Shown: positions 6,894 through 15,735 of the stretch, in pieces
Layout: every line of letters starts with the position of its first letter
Numbering within the stretch: the stretch's first letter is position 1
IMG/VR virus record: IMGVR_UViG_2534681831_000034
Length of the DNA: 17,560 nucleotides
Source: a virus
Lineage: Duplodnaviria; Heunggongvirae; Uroviricota; Caudoviricetes
Direction: 5' to 3' (one strand)
Translations under genes and position numbers: made by a program
Notes under the pieces: model-generated
The model's database searches: none
What the model was told of the DNA's origin: nothing
Seen by the model: the letters and a program-made list of their open reading frames with translations, nothing else

Positions 6894-7923
6894 CATCAAG
6901 AAGAGCATAAGAATTAAAACGGATCACCTCTTCGCCAAGCCAGTCATTGATGTGCTTCATGGCCTCCATAACGGGCATCAGCTCGTTAATTGCATAAACC
7001 CGCGCGGCCTTCTCCACATCACCAAACGCACTTTTTTCGCCCGGCATCGCCCCCATCAGTTGCGGCGGAACACGGTGCGCAGCCAGCACATCATCACGGG
7101 ATGCCGCCTTAACATTCATGAACTCATCTTTTGCGGTGATCTGCTGGAACGGCAAAATTTGCACCCCCTCTTTGCCCCCGTTGGGCGCATGAATGAGCAC
7201 GTTTTTAAATGCACCACTACCACGTGCACCCTGTAATGTTTCTTTCAGGGAGTCCATGCTTTCGCGGTTTACCTGCGCTGCACCGATGTAGATGATGCAC
7301 CCGGCGTGGGATCCGTTGTCGTAATACAGTTTTCTGAACATGTCCGCCGAATGAGACAGGCTGGCCGAGAGTAATGCGCCGAGATATTCCGGCATGCCGT
7401 AGATTTCCTGGTTAATATCCGGATTCATCAGGTGGCACACTTTGCCAGGGCGAAACTGAAACGCGTCCTTGCCATCCTGCACATACCACCATGATTCAAG
7501 ATCGCTTCCGCGTCGCATGTATTTCGCCAGTGCGTGCCGTAATTTAAGCGGTTCGCCGAGCATATTGCTTCGAAGCTCAAGGTATGCGTTACCGAACACA
7601 AACCAGTCCAGCGCCAGCGCCGAGAAATCCTGCCGGGAAAGCAGCGGGTGCGGAATATAGCAGCCGAGCAATACATTGCGCTTAAAGTAAAGCGCAGACT
7701 GATGCCAGGACGTTTGCCGGGCGGCTCTTGCCAGACCGTACCAGTCCACCGGGGTTTCATACCACCGCCCGTTATCAGCACAGTACATATTGTCCAGCAA
7801 ATCATGCCCGGTCAGGCGATAAGGACCATCAAAAGTGAATGCACTGAGCGACGATTCTTTCCTGAGCGCATCAGCGAGATCAATGCGTGAACTCATGCGC
7901 ACTTTTTTATTTTTTCTGCTCAT
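6877..7923 (-). CDS. Q: portal protein, P2 gpQ family
   Basis: 348 aa, matching the length of P2 gpQ (about 344 aa) and its position immediately downstream of the terminase ATPase. Its ATG (7921-7923) overlaps the stop of the upstream gene (ATGA coupling). Confidence 0.85.
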   Translation of the reverse strand: MSRKNKKVRMSSRIDLADALRKESSLSAFTFDGPYRLTGHDLLDNMYCADNGRWYETPVDWYGLARAARQTSWHQSALYFKRNVLLGCYIPHPLLSRQDFSALALDWFVFGNAYLELRSNMLGEPLKLRHALAKYMRRGSDLESWWYVQDGKDAFQFRPGKVCHLMNPDINQEIYGMPEYLGALLSASLSHSADMFRKLYYDNGSHAGCIIYIGAAQVNRESMDSLKETLQGARGSGAFKNVLIHAPNGGKEGVQILPFQQITAKDEFMNVKAASRDDVLAAHRVPPQLMGAMPGEKSAFGDVEKAARVYAINELMPVMEAMKHINDWLGEEVIRFNSYALLDEKTAP

Positions 7924-9673
7924 CAGAACTCCATAACCGTGAAACGCTCGTTTTCTCCTTCGCCGCCAATTGGTTCGTTAATGACAGCAAGCATGGTTGC
8001 CCACGCAAGGTCGCCGTGGCTGATCCCCCTCGCGCGGTCCGTTTCGTAAGTGATAAAACCGCCCGGTGTTTTCACCTTACGCACGGCGTTAAAGGCCGCG
8101 ACCAGCTCGCGTTCGGCGCGATCGTATTCCCACCGCCCGGCACGCATTATTTGCAGCATTTTCAGTACCAGCGACCGTTTTGATGACAGCGTGAAGGTGT
8201 ACGGAATAGCAGCAGGGAAAAACCGTTTCACTATCTGATAAACAGCCTCCCCGTTCCCGCCCGTCACATCAATGCCGATGTGTTCCACGTTGTAGCGACA
8301 CGTGAACTCTTCAATGACTCTGGCCTGTTCTTCAAACTCCAGCCCCTGAACGCGTCGCGTCTCCACCGTTCGAAAACGGCCACCAGGAACAGCCGGAGGA
8401 ACCACCACAGACACAGCGCCGCTGTCGCCGTTGCCACTGCTGCCGTTTGCGTCATACCCAATCCATACCGGACGATTCCCCATCGGGCGGGGAGCAAAAG
8501 GTTTCCAGTCTTTCCAGTCGTCGTATCCGTCAACACCGCAGCCAATCAGGATATTCAGGTTAAATGCCGATTCCCCTTCGCGGACAAACTCACACATATA
8601 GAGATTGAGGAACTCGTCTTCGGTGTTTTCATCACGAATTTCGTCGATATCGGTGTGTTTCCAGCCGTGATTAACCACATCTTCCAGCGTGACAATTTGC
8701 CGCCACGTCCGGTCAGGGCAGATAAGCCCGTTATGCAGCGTATTCCAGTCCACAGAAAAACGCCGGCGTTTATGCGTGGCCTTTTTCTCGTTCCAGCGGT
8801 CGCCGTTCCAGTAGGCGTATGCCTCGTGCGTTTCGGTGGATGGCGTGGAGAAGTAGGTGCGCCGCAGTCCGCTGAGGGTTGCCATAGCGCCAGCCACCTT
8901 GCGTAGTTCAGCAAAGCGACTGACCCAGAAAAATTCATCAAAATAAAAATTGCCCGTATAGGACTGCGCCGACGCAGCAGAAGTGCCGAGAAAATGCAGC
9001 TCTGCGCCATTGGAGAGGATGATTTTATCGCCCCCTTTCAGCTCCACATCAACTTCAGCCGCAGCCTTCTGAATAATGCTTTTAAACTGGAACGCCTGAC
9101 GACGCGACGCAGACAAAAAATCTGGTTACGCTGGTAAGGTTGCGCCACATCGTCACGCAGCGCCATCAGCAGAGCTTCCTGTGCAAAATACCAGGTCGCC
9201 CCAATCTGTCGGGATTTCAGGATCATCCTGTTACGTATCCCGGCTTCCCTGCAAAGGGTCAGGGAGTCAAACCAGCCCCGCTGATGCCACTCCAGCCTGC
9301 TGATGATTTTTTCCCGCAGTGCGGAAATCTGTTCCGGCGTGAAATGATTTTTGAGTTTTTTCGCCCGGCCTTTCTTTCCTGCGGCCATCACATCCGGATG
9401 GCCATCATGCAGCTTTTTAAGCTGCCGGGTCAGCAGGTCTATTTCCTTAAAATCACCGCCTGTTTTATTCTGTTTTTCAGTAAGCTGGATGAGGCGCGCA
9501 TCGATGGACTGCGTGACACGCTGCACGGGTGGCGTTTCATCCCACTGGTCGCGTTTTTTCCACGCATAAATCGTGTTCGGGTTTATTCCCATCAGACGTG
9601 ATATTTCTGCGGGCGGATAACCCTGCCAGTAAAGTTGCCGCGCACGCTGGCGCACAAAAGCGTCCTGAATCAT
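7923..9673 (-). pseudogene. P: terminase large (ATPase) subunit, P2 gpP family, interrupted by an apparent 1-nt frameshift
   Basis: Two overlapping minus-strand ORFs (9673-9038, 211 aa, and 9116-7923, 397 aa) together span about 583 codons, close to P2 gpP (590 aa). The first ORF ends in an out-of-frame tail. The frames switch at an A6/T6 homopolymer at 9115-9120; adding one T would fuse them into one frame (..QRNQIF-LSASRRQAFQF..). Confidence 0.75.
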
Positions 9674-9827
9674 TGCTCCCCCTGAGTAATTACAGGAAGA
9701 TTACCCGCGCGCGAAACCGTTCTCCTTAACCCCCTGTTCTGGCCGTTTTCTTACAACAAAAGCCCTTTGTATCAGCCTGTTACGCTTTGCCATCATGACT
9801 GAAGAACCAGTCAGAGGGGCAAAAACT

Positions 9828-10664
9828 ATGGCTAATGAAAAAAAGACATCCCGCAAAAAGTTTCGCGTGGCTGTCTCCGGATCAACTGTTGATGGCCGTG
9901 AAATCAGTCCGGTGCATCTGCGTGAAGCCGCCGAGAACTTCAACCCGGATGTTTACGCTGCCCGCGTGAACGTTGAGCACTATCTCTCGCCATGCCCGTC
10001 AAGCGAATTTTCCGCAATGGGCGATGTCACCGCACTGAGTACGGAAGACATTACGGAAGGTCCGCTGGCCGGACGTACTGCGCTGTATGCAGAAATCGAA
10101 CCGACCGAGCGCATGAAGCAGCTTGTCGCGGACGGCAAGAAAATCTATTCCAGTATCGAACTGCACCCGCAGTTCTCCGTTAACGGGCGTGCCTATCTGG
10201 TCGGGCTGGCGATGACCGACACCCCGGCAAGCCTGGGCACTGAGCGCCTGAAATTCACGGCACAGCAACGTCAGGCGGTAATGACGTTCAACAGTGTCCA
10301 GGGTGAAGCGCCGCTTATCTCCGAAGCCATCGAGTCTGAAATCATCGAAATGGCAGAACAACGCCAGGAAGAAGGCACCCAGTGGTTTAACCGCGTAATG
10401 GGGATTATTGGCCGTGGCCGCAAAGCGGATGACGCCAGTTTTTCCCGTATTCAGGAAGCGGTGGAAGGCGTCGCAACGTCACAGGCCGACATTATCGACC
10501 GTTTTAATGTGCTGGAAACCCGCCATCAGCAGGACCGCCAGAAAATTACGTCACTGACCACAGAGCTGACAGCACTGAAGGAAAAACTGCGCACGCAGGA
10601 CGGCGATCCGCAGAACCGGTTCACCGCAACGGGCGCAGCCTCCGACCAGCTGGCTGACTTCTGA
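9828..10664 (+). CDS. O: capsid scaffolding protein, P2 gpO family
   Basis: Collinear with P2 gpO (about 284 aa) as remembered: ..RVAVSGSTVDGREIS.., ..YLVGLAMTDTPASLGTERL... ATG 9828 is preferred over the track start at 9795 because AGAGGGG lies 8 nt upstream of it. Confidence 0.85.
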   Translation: MANEKKTSRKKFRVAVSGSTVDGREISPVHLREAAENFNPDVYAARVNVEHYLSPCPSSEFSAMGDVTALSTEDITEGPLAGRTALYAEIEPTERMKQLVADGKKIYSSIELHPQFSVNGRAYLVGLAMTDTPASLGTERLKFTAQQRQAVMTFNSVQGEAPLISEAIESEIIEMAEQRQEEGTQWFNRVMGIIGRGRKADDASFSRIQEAVEGVATSQADIIDRFNVLETRHQQDRQKITSLTTELTALKEKLRTQDGDPQNRFTATGAASDQLADF

Positions 10665-10687
10665 TAAGACAAAGGAGCAAATTTTTT

Positions 10688-11740
10688 ATGAATCTGGTGA
10701 TGTCAGATATTACCCGCAACAAGCTGGGTTGCTATATGGCGCAGCAGGCGTCGCTTAATAATATCCCGGTTTCTGCGCTGGTATCGCGATTTACCGTAGA
10801 ACCCTCGGTGCAGCAGCGTTTTGAAAACGCCTCAAAGGAAAGCACCGAATTTACAAAAAGAATTAACGTGATCGGCGTGACCGACCAGAAAGGCGAAAAA
10901 ATCCTCCTGGATACCACAGGACCGATTGCGCGCACGAATACCAGTTATGACGGCACAAAACGCCGTAACCCGAATAACGTGGTTGATCTGAAAAACCGCA
11001 AATACCAGTGCGAACAGGTGAACTACGACACGTTTATTTCATATCCGCAGCTTGATGCCTGGGCGGCACATCCTGATTTTCAGTCCCGCATCAGCGCACA
11101 GATTGCCCGACAGGTGGCGCTTGACCGCATCATGATCGGTTTCAACGGCACGTCTCACGCGGATGAGTCCAACTTCAGCACCAACAAGCTGCTTCAGGAC
11201 GTTAACGTGGGCTGGCTGGAGCACATCAGAACCGACGCCAGCGAACGCGTTATGAATGACGTGACGCTGACCTCCCGCAACATGGACAACACCGTGGCGC
11301 ACGCGGGTAAGTATGCGAACGCTGATGCACTGGTACAGGACGCACGCTCATCCCTGCTGGATGAATGGCACAAGGAAGCTGACGACCTCGTGGTGATTAT
11401 GGGGCGCAACCTGTTTAACTCGCTGCGTCTGCCCGTGCTGAACAGCATCAGCGGCCAGAATCCCAATGCGGAATTACTTGCCGGGCAGCTCATCCTGTCA
11501 TCGCGCACCATTGGCGGGCTGGGCGTGTTCCTTGCGCCGTTCTTCCCGGATGCAACGATGCTTATCACCTCGTTCAACAACCTGTCGATTTACTGGCAGA
11601 AAGGTTCAATGCGTCGCCTGATGAAAGACGAACCGGAATACAACCGCATCGCCACCTACCAGTCCATCAATGACGCTTATGTCGTTGAAGACTATGGCAA
11701 GTGCGCGATGGTCACTGGCCTGAAGTTCGCCGACAGCTAA
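10688..11740 (+). CDS. N: major capsid protein, P2 gpN family
   Basis: 350 aa. Conserved blocks shared with P2 gpN as remembered (FTVEPSV, IMIGFNGT, VGWL, YVVEDY), and correct position after O. Confidence 0.85.
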   Translation: MNLVMSDITRNKLGCYMAQQASLNNIPVSALVSRFTVEPSVQQRFENASKESTEFTKRINVIGVTDQKGEKILLDTTGPIARTNTSYDGTKRRNPNNVVDLKNRKYQCEQVNYDTFISYPQLDAWAAHPDFQSRISAQIARQVALDRIMIGFNGTSHADESNFSTNKLLQDVNVGWLEHIRTDASERVMNDVTLTSRNMDNTVAHAGKYANADALVQDARSSLLDEWHKEADDLVVIMGRNLFNSLRLPVLNSISGQNPNAELLAGQLILSSRTIGGLGVFLAPFFPDATMLITSFNNLSIYWQKGSMRRLMKDEPEYNRIATYQSINDAYVVEDYGKCAMVTGLKFADS

Positions 11741-11785
11741 TCAACTCACGGCGGGCATCATGCCCGCCTGTAACGGAGAGAAAAA

Positions 11786-12586
11786 ATGATTACTCCTGCA
11801 CAGCAACACTGGCAGAACGTGATGGCACAGCGCGCAGGCCGGGCGAATGAAGGCGTGGACCACGCCGCGCGTACCGCGCATGAAGAGGTGCTGTATCGTC
11901 TGCGTCTGGCACAGGCCCGCCTTAAGGGCGTACAGGCCAGAAGCGCGAAAGCCGCCATCAAAAAAGAGTTATTGCCGGACTTTTCCGGCTGGATTGAGGG
12001 AACGCTGGAGGCTGACGGCGGGCAGCAGGATGAAGTGATTGCCACGCTGATGGTGTGGGCGATTGACTGCGGCGATCTTCCGCTGGCGCTGCGTATTGGT
12101 GCGTATGTGGTCCGTCATAACCTCATTATGCCGGATAACTTTGGCCGTACTGCTGCCACGGTACTGACCGAAGAAATCTGCAACCCGGTACTGACGCAGG
12201 CCGGGACGGATGCCGACGCGGATTTATCCGCCTTTATCGAACCACTGGATACCCTCCGGGAGATTGTCACCGACCAGGACATGCCGGACGAAGTGCGCGC
12301 CAAATTATGCAAGGCGTGCGCCTTTGCCCGTCGTGGTCTGACCGATGCAGACAACATGGCCTTATCACTGAAGCTGCTGCGCGAAGCGATGCACCTGAAC
12401 CCGAACGCAGGTGTGAAACGCGAGATTGCAACCCTTTCCCGCGCCCTGAAAAAAGCCGATTCCGCAGCCGAACCAGAAGACGCCAGCGCACAGCAGGCGC
12501 AGGACGAAAGCAGCAAAAGTAAAAAGACAACGCGGAAGCCTGCAACACGAAAAACCACCGCGACGCAGAAGGCGAAGCGCGGTTAA
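11786..12586 (+). CDS. M: terminase small (endonuclease) subunit, P2 gpM family
   Basis: 266 aa. Similar to P2 gpM as remembered (N-terminal ITPAQQHW.., DMPDEVRAKL.., basic lysine-rich C-terminal tail), in position after N. Confidence 0.8.
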   Translation: MITPAQQHWQNVMAQRAGRANEGVDHAARTAHEEVLYRLRLAQARLKGVQARSAKAAIKKELLPDFSGWIEGTLEADGGQQDEVIATLMVWAIDCGDLPLALRIGAYVVRHNLIMPDNFGRTAATVLTEEICNPVLTQAGTDADADLSAFIEPLDTLREIVTDQDMPDEVRAKLCKACAFARRGLTDADNMALSLKLLREAMHLNPNAGVKREIATLSRALKKADSAAEPEDASAQQAQDESSKSKKTTRKPATRKTTATQKAKRG

Positions 12587-12603
12587 CGACTGACCCCGTC
12601 AGC

Positions 12604-12674
12604 GGGCGGCGTGCGCGGTGTTCCGGTTTGACTCCGTGACCGTTTACACCGCGCACCCACCGCCCGATTTTTTT
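12604..12674 (+). terminator. terminator/attenuator-like structure between M and L
   Basis: Imperfect long inverted repeat GGGCGGCGTGCGCGGTG (12604-12620) / CACCGCGCACCCACCGCCCG (12647-12666), followed by a T7 run (12668-12674) just upstream of the L ribosome-binding site. Confidence 0.35.
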
Positions 12675-12688
12675 CAGGAGTGAACCCC

Positions 12689-13183
12689 ATGAGTATGGTT
12701 GCCAGAACTGAACCCAGACCCGCAGAGGACGACATCACCGATACCGATGATGGCGATACCCGCATTTCAGCGGGTGCATTCTGGCCGGATATTGTGCTGC
12801 GCGAGCTGCGTCTGGCGGTACGACTGCCGGGCCGCGTGACCACCTCCCGCCTGCTGCATACTGCCACCGGGGCTGTGGCACACGTTACCCGCGAGCTGGA
12901 AGCATGGCAGCAGGAACAGCAGGCAGCTGGCCATCAGACGCTGGCCGATGTTCCGGCCCCTGTAATTAACGGAGAAAGCGTCAATCTCTGGCACTGGCGC
13001 AATGCGGTTTATACCGCCACGCGCGCCCTGATTCTGGAGCGTTATCGTGATGCAGACACAACGGACAAGGGCGACCGCCGGGCGGACGCTCTGGATATAC
13101 AGACATCGGATTTGTGGCGTGATGTGAGCTGGGCCATCTCTGACATTCTGTGCCGCCCGCGAATCTTTGCGGAGTTGTGCTGA
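12689..13183 (+). CDS. L: head completion/stabilisation protein, P2 gpL family
   Basis: ATG at 12689 with AGGAG 8 nt upstream (the track begins at GTG 12680, inside the Shine-Dalgarno). The C-terminal block ..ERYRDADTTDKGDRRADALD..LWRDVSWAI.. resembles P2 gpL as remembered. Confidence 0.8.
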   Translation: MSMVARTEPRPAEDDITDTDDGDTRISAGAFWPDIVLRELRLAVRLPGRVTTSRLLHTATGAVAHVTRELEAWQQEQQAAGHQTLADVPAPVINGESVNLWHWRNAVYTATRALILERYRDADTTDKGDRRADALDIQTSDLWRDVSWAISDILCRPRIFAELC

Positions 13184-13383
13184 TGAAAGTGAAGGCACTG
13201 GAAGGCGACACCGTGGATTCGCTCTGTTTCCGGTACTACGGCACGACGCAGGGCGTCACCGAAAAGGTGCTGGATGCCAACCCCGGACTCTGTCAGCAGG
13301 TATTTCTGGACGCCGGGCAGGAAGTTGAGATGCCGGAGCCGGAGAAGAAGAAACGAGAAATGATTCAGTTGTGGGGGGAGTAG
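13183..13383 (+). CDS. X: tail protein X, P2 gpX family
   Basis: 66 aa beginning MKVKALEGDTVDSLCFRYYG, collinear with P2 gpX (about 67 aa). Its ATG overlaps the L stop (TGATG). Confidence 0.8.
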   Translation: MKVKALEGDTVDSLCFRYYGTTQGVTEKVLDANPGLCQQVFLDAGQEVEMPEPEKKKREMIQLWGE

Positions 13384-13385
13384 CA

Positions 13386-13709
13386 GTGAGCACCATTCAA
13401 ACAGGGATCACAGAGCAGGTTATTGCGTGGCTCTTTGACCACCTGCCAACGGTGTATGCAGTAGGCGCGGCGGTCAGCATTTCCGCGCTGATGAGTCTTT
13501 ATGACGGACGAACACTGGTTCAGACCGTAACGGGATCGCTGGCGTGCGGCGTTCTTGCCATGGCCGTGGCCGGGTCGTTGCGCTTCTTCGGGTTTCCTGA
13601 AGATGCCGTGACGTTTATCGGCGCATCAATCGGTTTTATGGGTGCAGAGAAAGCACGCGACAAGGTTATTGCGGCCTTTAATCGCAGGGTGAAGGAGAAG
13701 GACGAATGA
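13386..13709 (+). CDS. putative holin
   Basis: About 107 aa with two or three hydrophobic segments and a charged C-terminal tail, located immediately upstream of the endolysin. GTG 13386 is preceded by GGGGGGAG. It does not resemble P2 gpY in sequence. Confidence 0.55.
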   Translation: MSTIQTGITEQVIAWLFDHLPTVYAVGAAVSISALMSLYDGRTLVQTVTGSLACGVLAMAVAGSLRFFGFPEDAVTFIGASIGFMGAEKARDKVIAAFNRRVKEKDE

Positions 13710-14098
13710 GCAACACATTTAAATTCAGCAGCCGGAGCGAAAAGAATTTGCAGGGCGTAAATCCTGATCTGGTGAAAGTGACCCGACGGGCACTGGAAAT
13801 CTCGGAAGTGGATTTTGGTATCACCGAAGGGTTGCGCAGCCGTTACCGCCAGAAGCAACTGGTGGCCACGGGTAAGAGCCAGACCATGAACAGCCGCCAC
13901 CTTACGGGGCATGCCGTGGATGTTGTGGCTTATATCGGCAGCCAGGTGTCATGGGAATGGCCGCTGTACGAAAAAATCGCAGCAGCATTCAGACAGGCCA
14001 GCCGGGAACTGAATATTCCGGTGGAATGGGGCGGCGACTGGAAGACCCTGAAAGACGGACCGCATTTTCAGTTACCACACGGAGCCTATCCGGCATGA
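13706..14098 (+). CDS. endolysin, peptidase M15-type (zinc-dependent L-Ala-D-Glu / D-Ala-D-Ala peptidase family)
   Basis: 130 aa with an H..D..H arrangement (..SRHLTGHAVDV.. and ..DGPHFQ..) characteristic of M15 peptidase endolysins. ATGA overlap with the holin gene. Confidence 0.7.
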   Translation: MSNTFKFSSRSEKNLQGVNPDLVKVTRRALEISEVDFGITEGLRSRYRQKQLVATGKSQTMNSRHLTGHAVDVVAYIGSQVSWEWPLYEKIAAAFRQASRELNIPVEWGGDWKTLKDGPHFQLPHGAYPA

Positions 14099-14502
14099 AG
14101 CTCTGGCCCACGCTTGGCGTCGCTTTCCTTCTGATTGCCGGATGGGGAACATCCATGCGTCTGTCTTGGTCGCTGGGCCGGGAGAACGCCAGAAACGAAG
14201 CACAGGCCAGCACCCTGAAAAGTACCGCCGACACCCTGAATATCATCAGCGCCGGGGGACAGGATATGCAGCAGGTGCTGGCGCAACTCCGCGTGGAAAA
14301 TCAGCAACGCAATCAGGACGGAGAGGTCAGACGTGAACAGCTACGCAACGATATTGCAAAAGATGAATGCGCCCACGCTTTGCCTGACGCTCGTTTTACT
14401 GACAGGCTGCGCAGGCACGCAGAACGCGCCACTGCCAGCGCCGTCAGTCCGGCTTATACCGCAGACGCTGACCATACCGGTAACGCCTCCCCGCTTCCCT
14501 GA
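14095..14502 (+). CDS. i-spanin (Rz/LysB-like)
   Basis: N-terminal transmembrane segment (LWPTLGVAFLLIAGWG) followed by a charged, Q/R-rich, coiled-coil-like periplasmic region. ATGA overlap with the endolysin stop. Confidence 0.7.
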   Translation: MKLWPTLGVAFLLIAGWGTSMRLSWSLGRENARNEAQASTLKSTADTLNIISAGGQDMQQVLAQLRVENQQRNQDGEVRREQLRNDIAKDECAHALPDARFTDRLRRHAERATASAVSPAYTADADHTGNASPLP

Positions 14503-14653
14503 TACTCCCACATGGGGAAATCTCGGTATATGGGGCGACCGCCTTCTGGATGCACTGGAAACCTGTAACGCGGATAAACGGGCCATTGAATTACTGGAAC
14601 AGCGCAGGCTGCAACGACTGAACAACGAGGATAACAACCATGCTGAAAACTGA
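14333..14653 (+). CDS. o-spanin (Rz1/LysC-like outer-membrane lipoprotein), starting inside the i-spanin gene in another frame
   Basis: Lipoprotein signal with lipobox LLTGC, followed by a proline-rich mature region. GTG 14333 has a GGAGAGG Shine-Dalgarno; ATG 14363 is an alternative start. Overlapping architecture as in P2 lysB/lysC. Confidence 0.65.
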   Translation: MNSYATILQKMNAPTLCLTLVLLTGCAGTQNAPLPAPSVRLIPQTLTIPVTPPRFPDTPTWGNLGIWGDRLLDALETCNADKRAIELLEQRRLQRLNNEDNNHAEN

Positions 14654-15107
14654 TTCCCTGCGTGAAGCCATGACCCGTTCATGCCGATGGTGTCAGGCCA
14701 ACCCGGAAAAATTCACCATTTTCGTGGAGAGCGGCAACATTGAAACGACCGGAGAAACCCCATCGTTTGTTTACCGCTATCAGATGGTGATGTTTGTCAT
14801 GGATTACGCCGGGGAGCTGGACGACCTCACGCTGCCGCTGCTGGCGTGGTTATCCGAAAATCAGCCACAGTTGTTGCTCAACCCTGAGCGTAATCAGGAC
14901 ATCAAATTCTCCGCCGTTATCAATGACGATGACAGCGCCGATCTCCTGTTTACGCTCCCCCTGCGGGAACGCGTTCGCATCACGCGCAGCAGTCAGGGGA
15001 CACCGCAGGCAGAACACCTGCCGGAGCCAAAACCCCGCCTGCCATCTCCCGAAGGCGACTGGTCGCATGTATTCCAGGATGTGACGTGGGGTGAAAGCGA
15101 TGGATAA
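14640..15107 (+). CDS. R: tail completion protein, P2 gpR family
   Basis: 155 aa. MLKTDSLREAMT.. and ..LAWLSENQP.. are collinear with P2 gpR (155 aa) as remembered. Confidence 0.8.
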   Translation: MLKTDSLREAMTRSCRWCQANPEKFTIFVESGNIETTGETPSFVYRYQMVMFVMDYAGELDDLTLPLLAWLSENQPQLLLNPERNQDIKFSAVINDDDSADLLFTLPLRERVRITRSSQGTPQAEHLPEPKPRLPSPEGDWSHVFQDVTWGESDG

Positions 15108-15735
15108 GGCATTCACCCGCGTGGATGAAACCTTTGAGGCCATCCGCGACAGCCTGAATCAGCAGGCCATCAATAACATCGCCAGAAAGCTGGCACAGGA
15201 TTTACGCCGCGCCCAGCAGGCGCGTATCCGGTCACAGAAAGCGCCGGACGGGACCGCGTGGACACCACGCAGACGCCGCGTAACCCGGATACAGGAACGC
15301 ATTCGCTTTATCTGGAATAACGAAGCACGCACGCTGAAAAACTGGCATCACGACACGGGGAAATACGGGCGAACCATTACCGGGTGGGATGAGGATAAAA
15401 ACAATATCCGCACGTTTTACCGGGATGACATCGACCGTTTTCTGGAAATACGCACCCGGCGCATCAACCAGGACAGCACAAAGCGCGTCCCCATGTTCGT
15501 AAAACTGCGCACCGCCCGCTACCTGAAAGCCCGTGCAGATGCTTCCGGTGTGACGGTGGGTTACAGCGGCGTGGCCGCACGTATTGCCCGCGTTCATCAG
15601 TTCGGTGAGCGCGATCAGGTTGCGCCGGGCATTTTCACCGATTACCCGGTACGTGAGCTGTGGGGTATCAGCCAGGCAGATGAGCGCCTGATTTATAACA
15701 CGGTGCTGGGCCGGATTGCGGAGGCTGTACGGTGA
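15100..15735 (+). CDS. S: tail completion / virion morphogenesis protein, P2 gpS family (enlarged)
   Basis: The conserved gpS-like ends (..AQDLRRAQQARIRSQKAPDGTAWTPRRR.. and ..ARVHQFGERD..) are present. At about 211 aa it is some 60 aa longer than P2 gpS, with the extra length in the middle. Confidence 0.65.
   Translation: MDKAFTRVDETFEAIRDSLNQQAINNIARKLAQDLRRAQQARIRSQKAPDGTAWTPRRRRVTRIQERIRFIWNNEARTLKNWHHDTGKYGRTITGWDEDKNNIRTFYRDDIDRFLEIRTRRINQDSTKRVPMFVKLRTARYLKARADASGVTVGYSGVAARIARVHQFGERDQVAPGIFTDYPVRELWGISQADERLIYNTVLGRIAEAVR

Noticed and set aside
8280-8906. 208-aa plus-strand ORF (and 8050-8238, 9140-9601, 9351-9569) antisense to the terminase gene
   Set aside because: Embedded antisense to gpP; no motifs; typical GC-rich reverse-frame artefacts.
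12115-12867. Minus-strand ORFs antisense to M and L (12115-12558, 12267-12656, 12583-12867) and similar antisense ORFs across the late operon
   Set aside because: The late operon is tightly packed on the + strand with coupled starts; the antisense ORFs are arginine/serine-rich high-GC artefacts.
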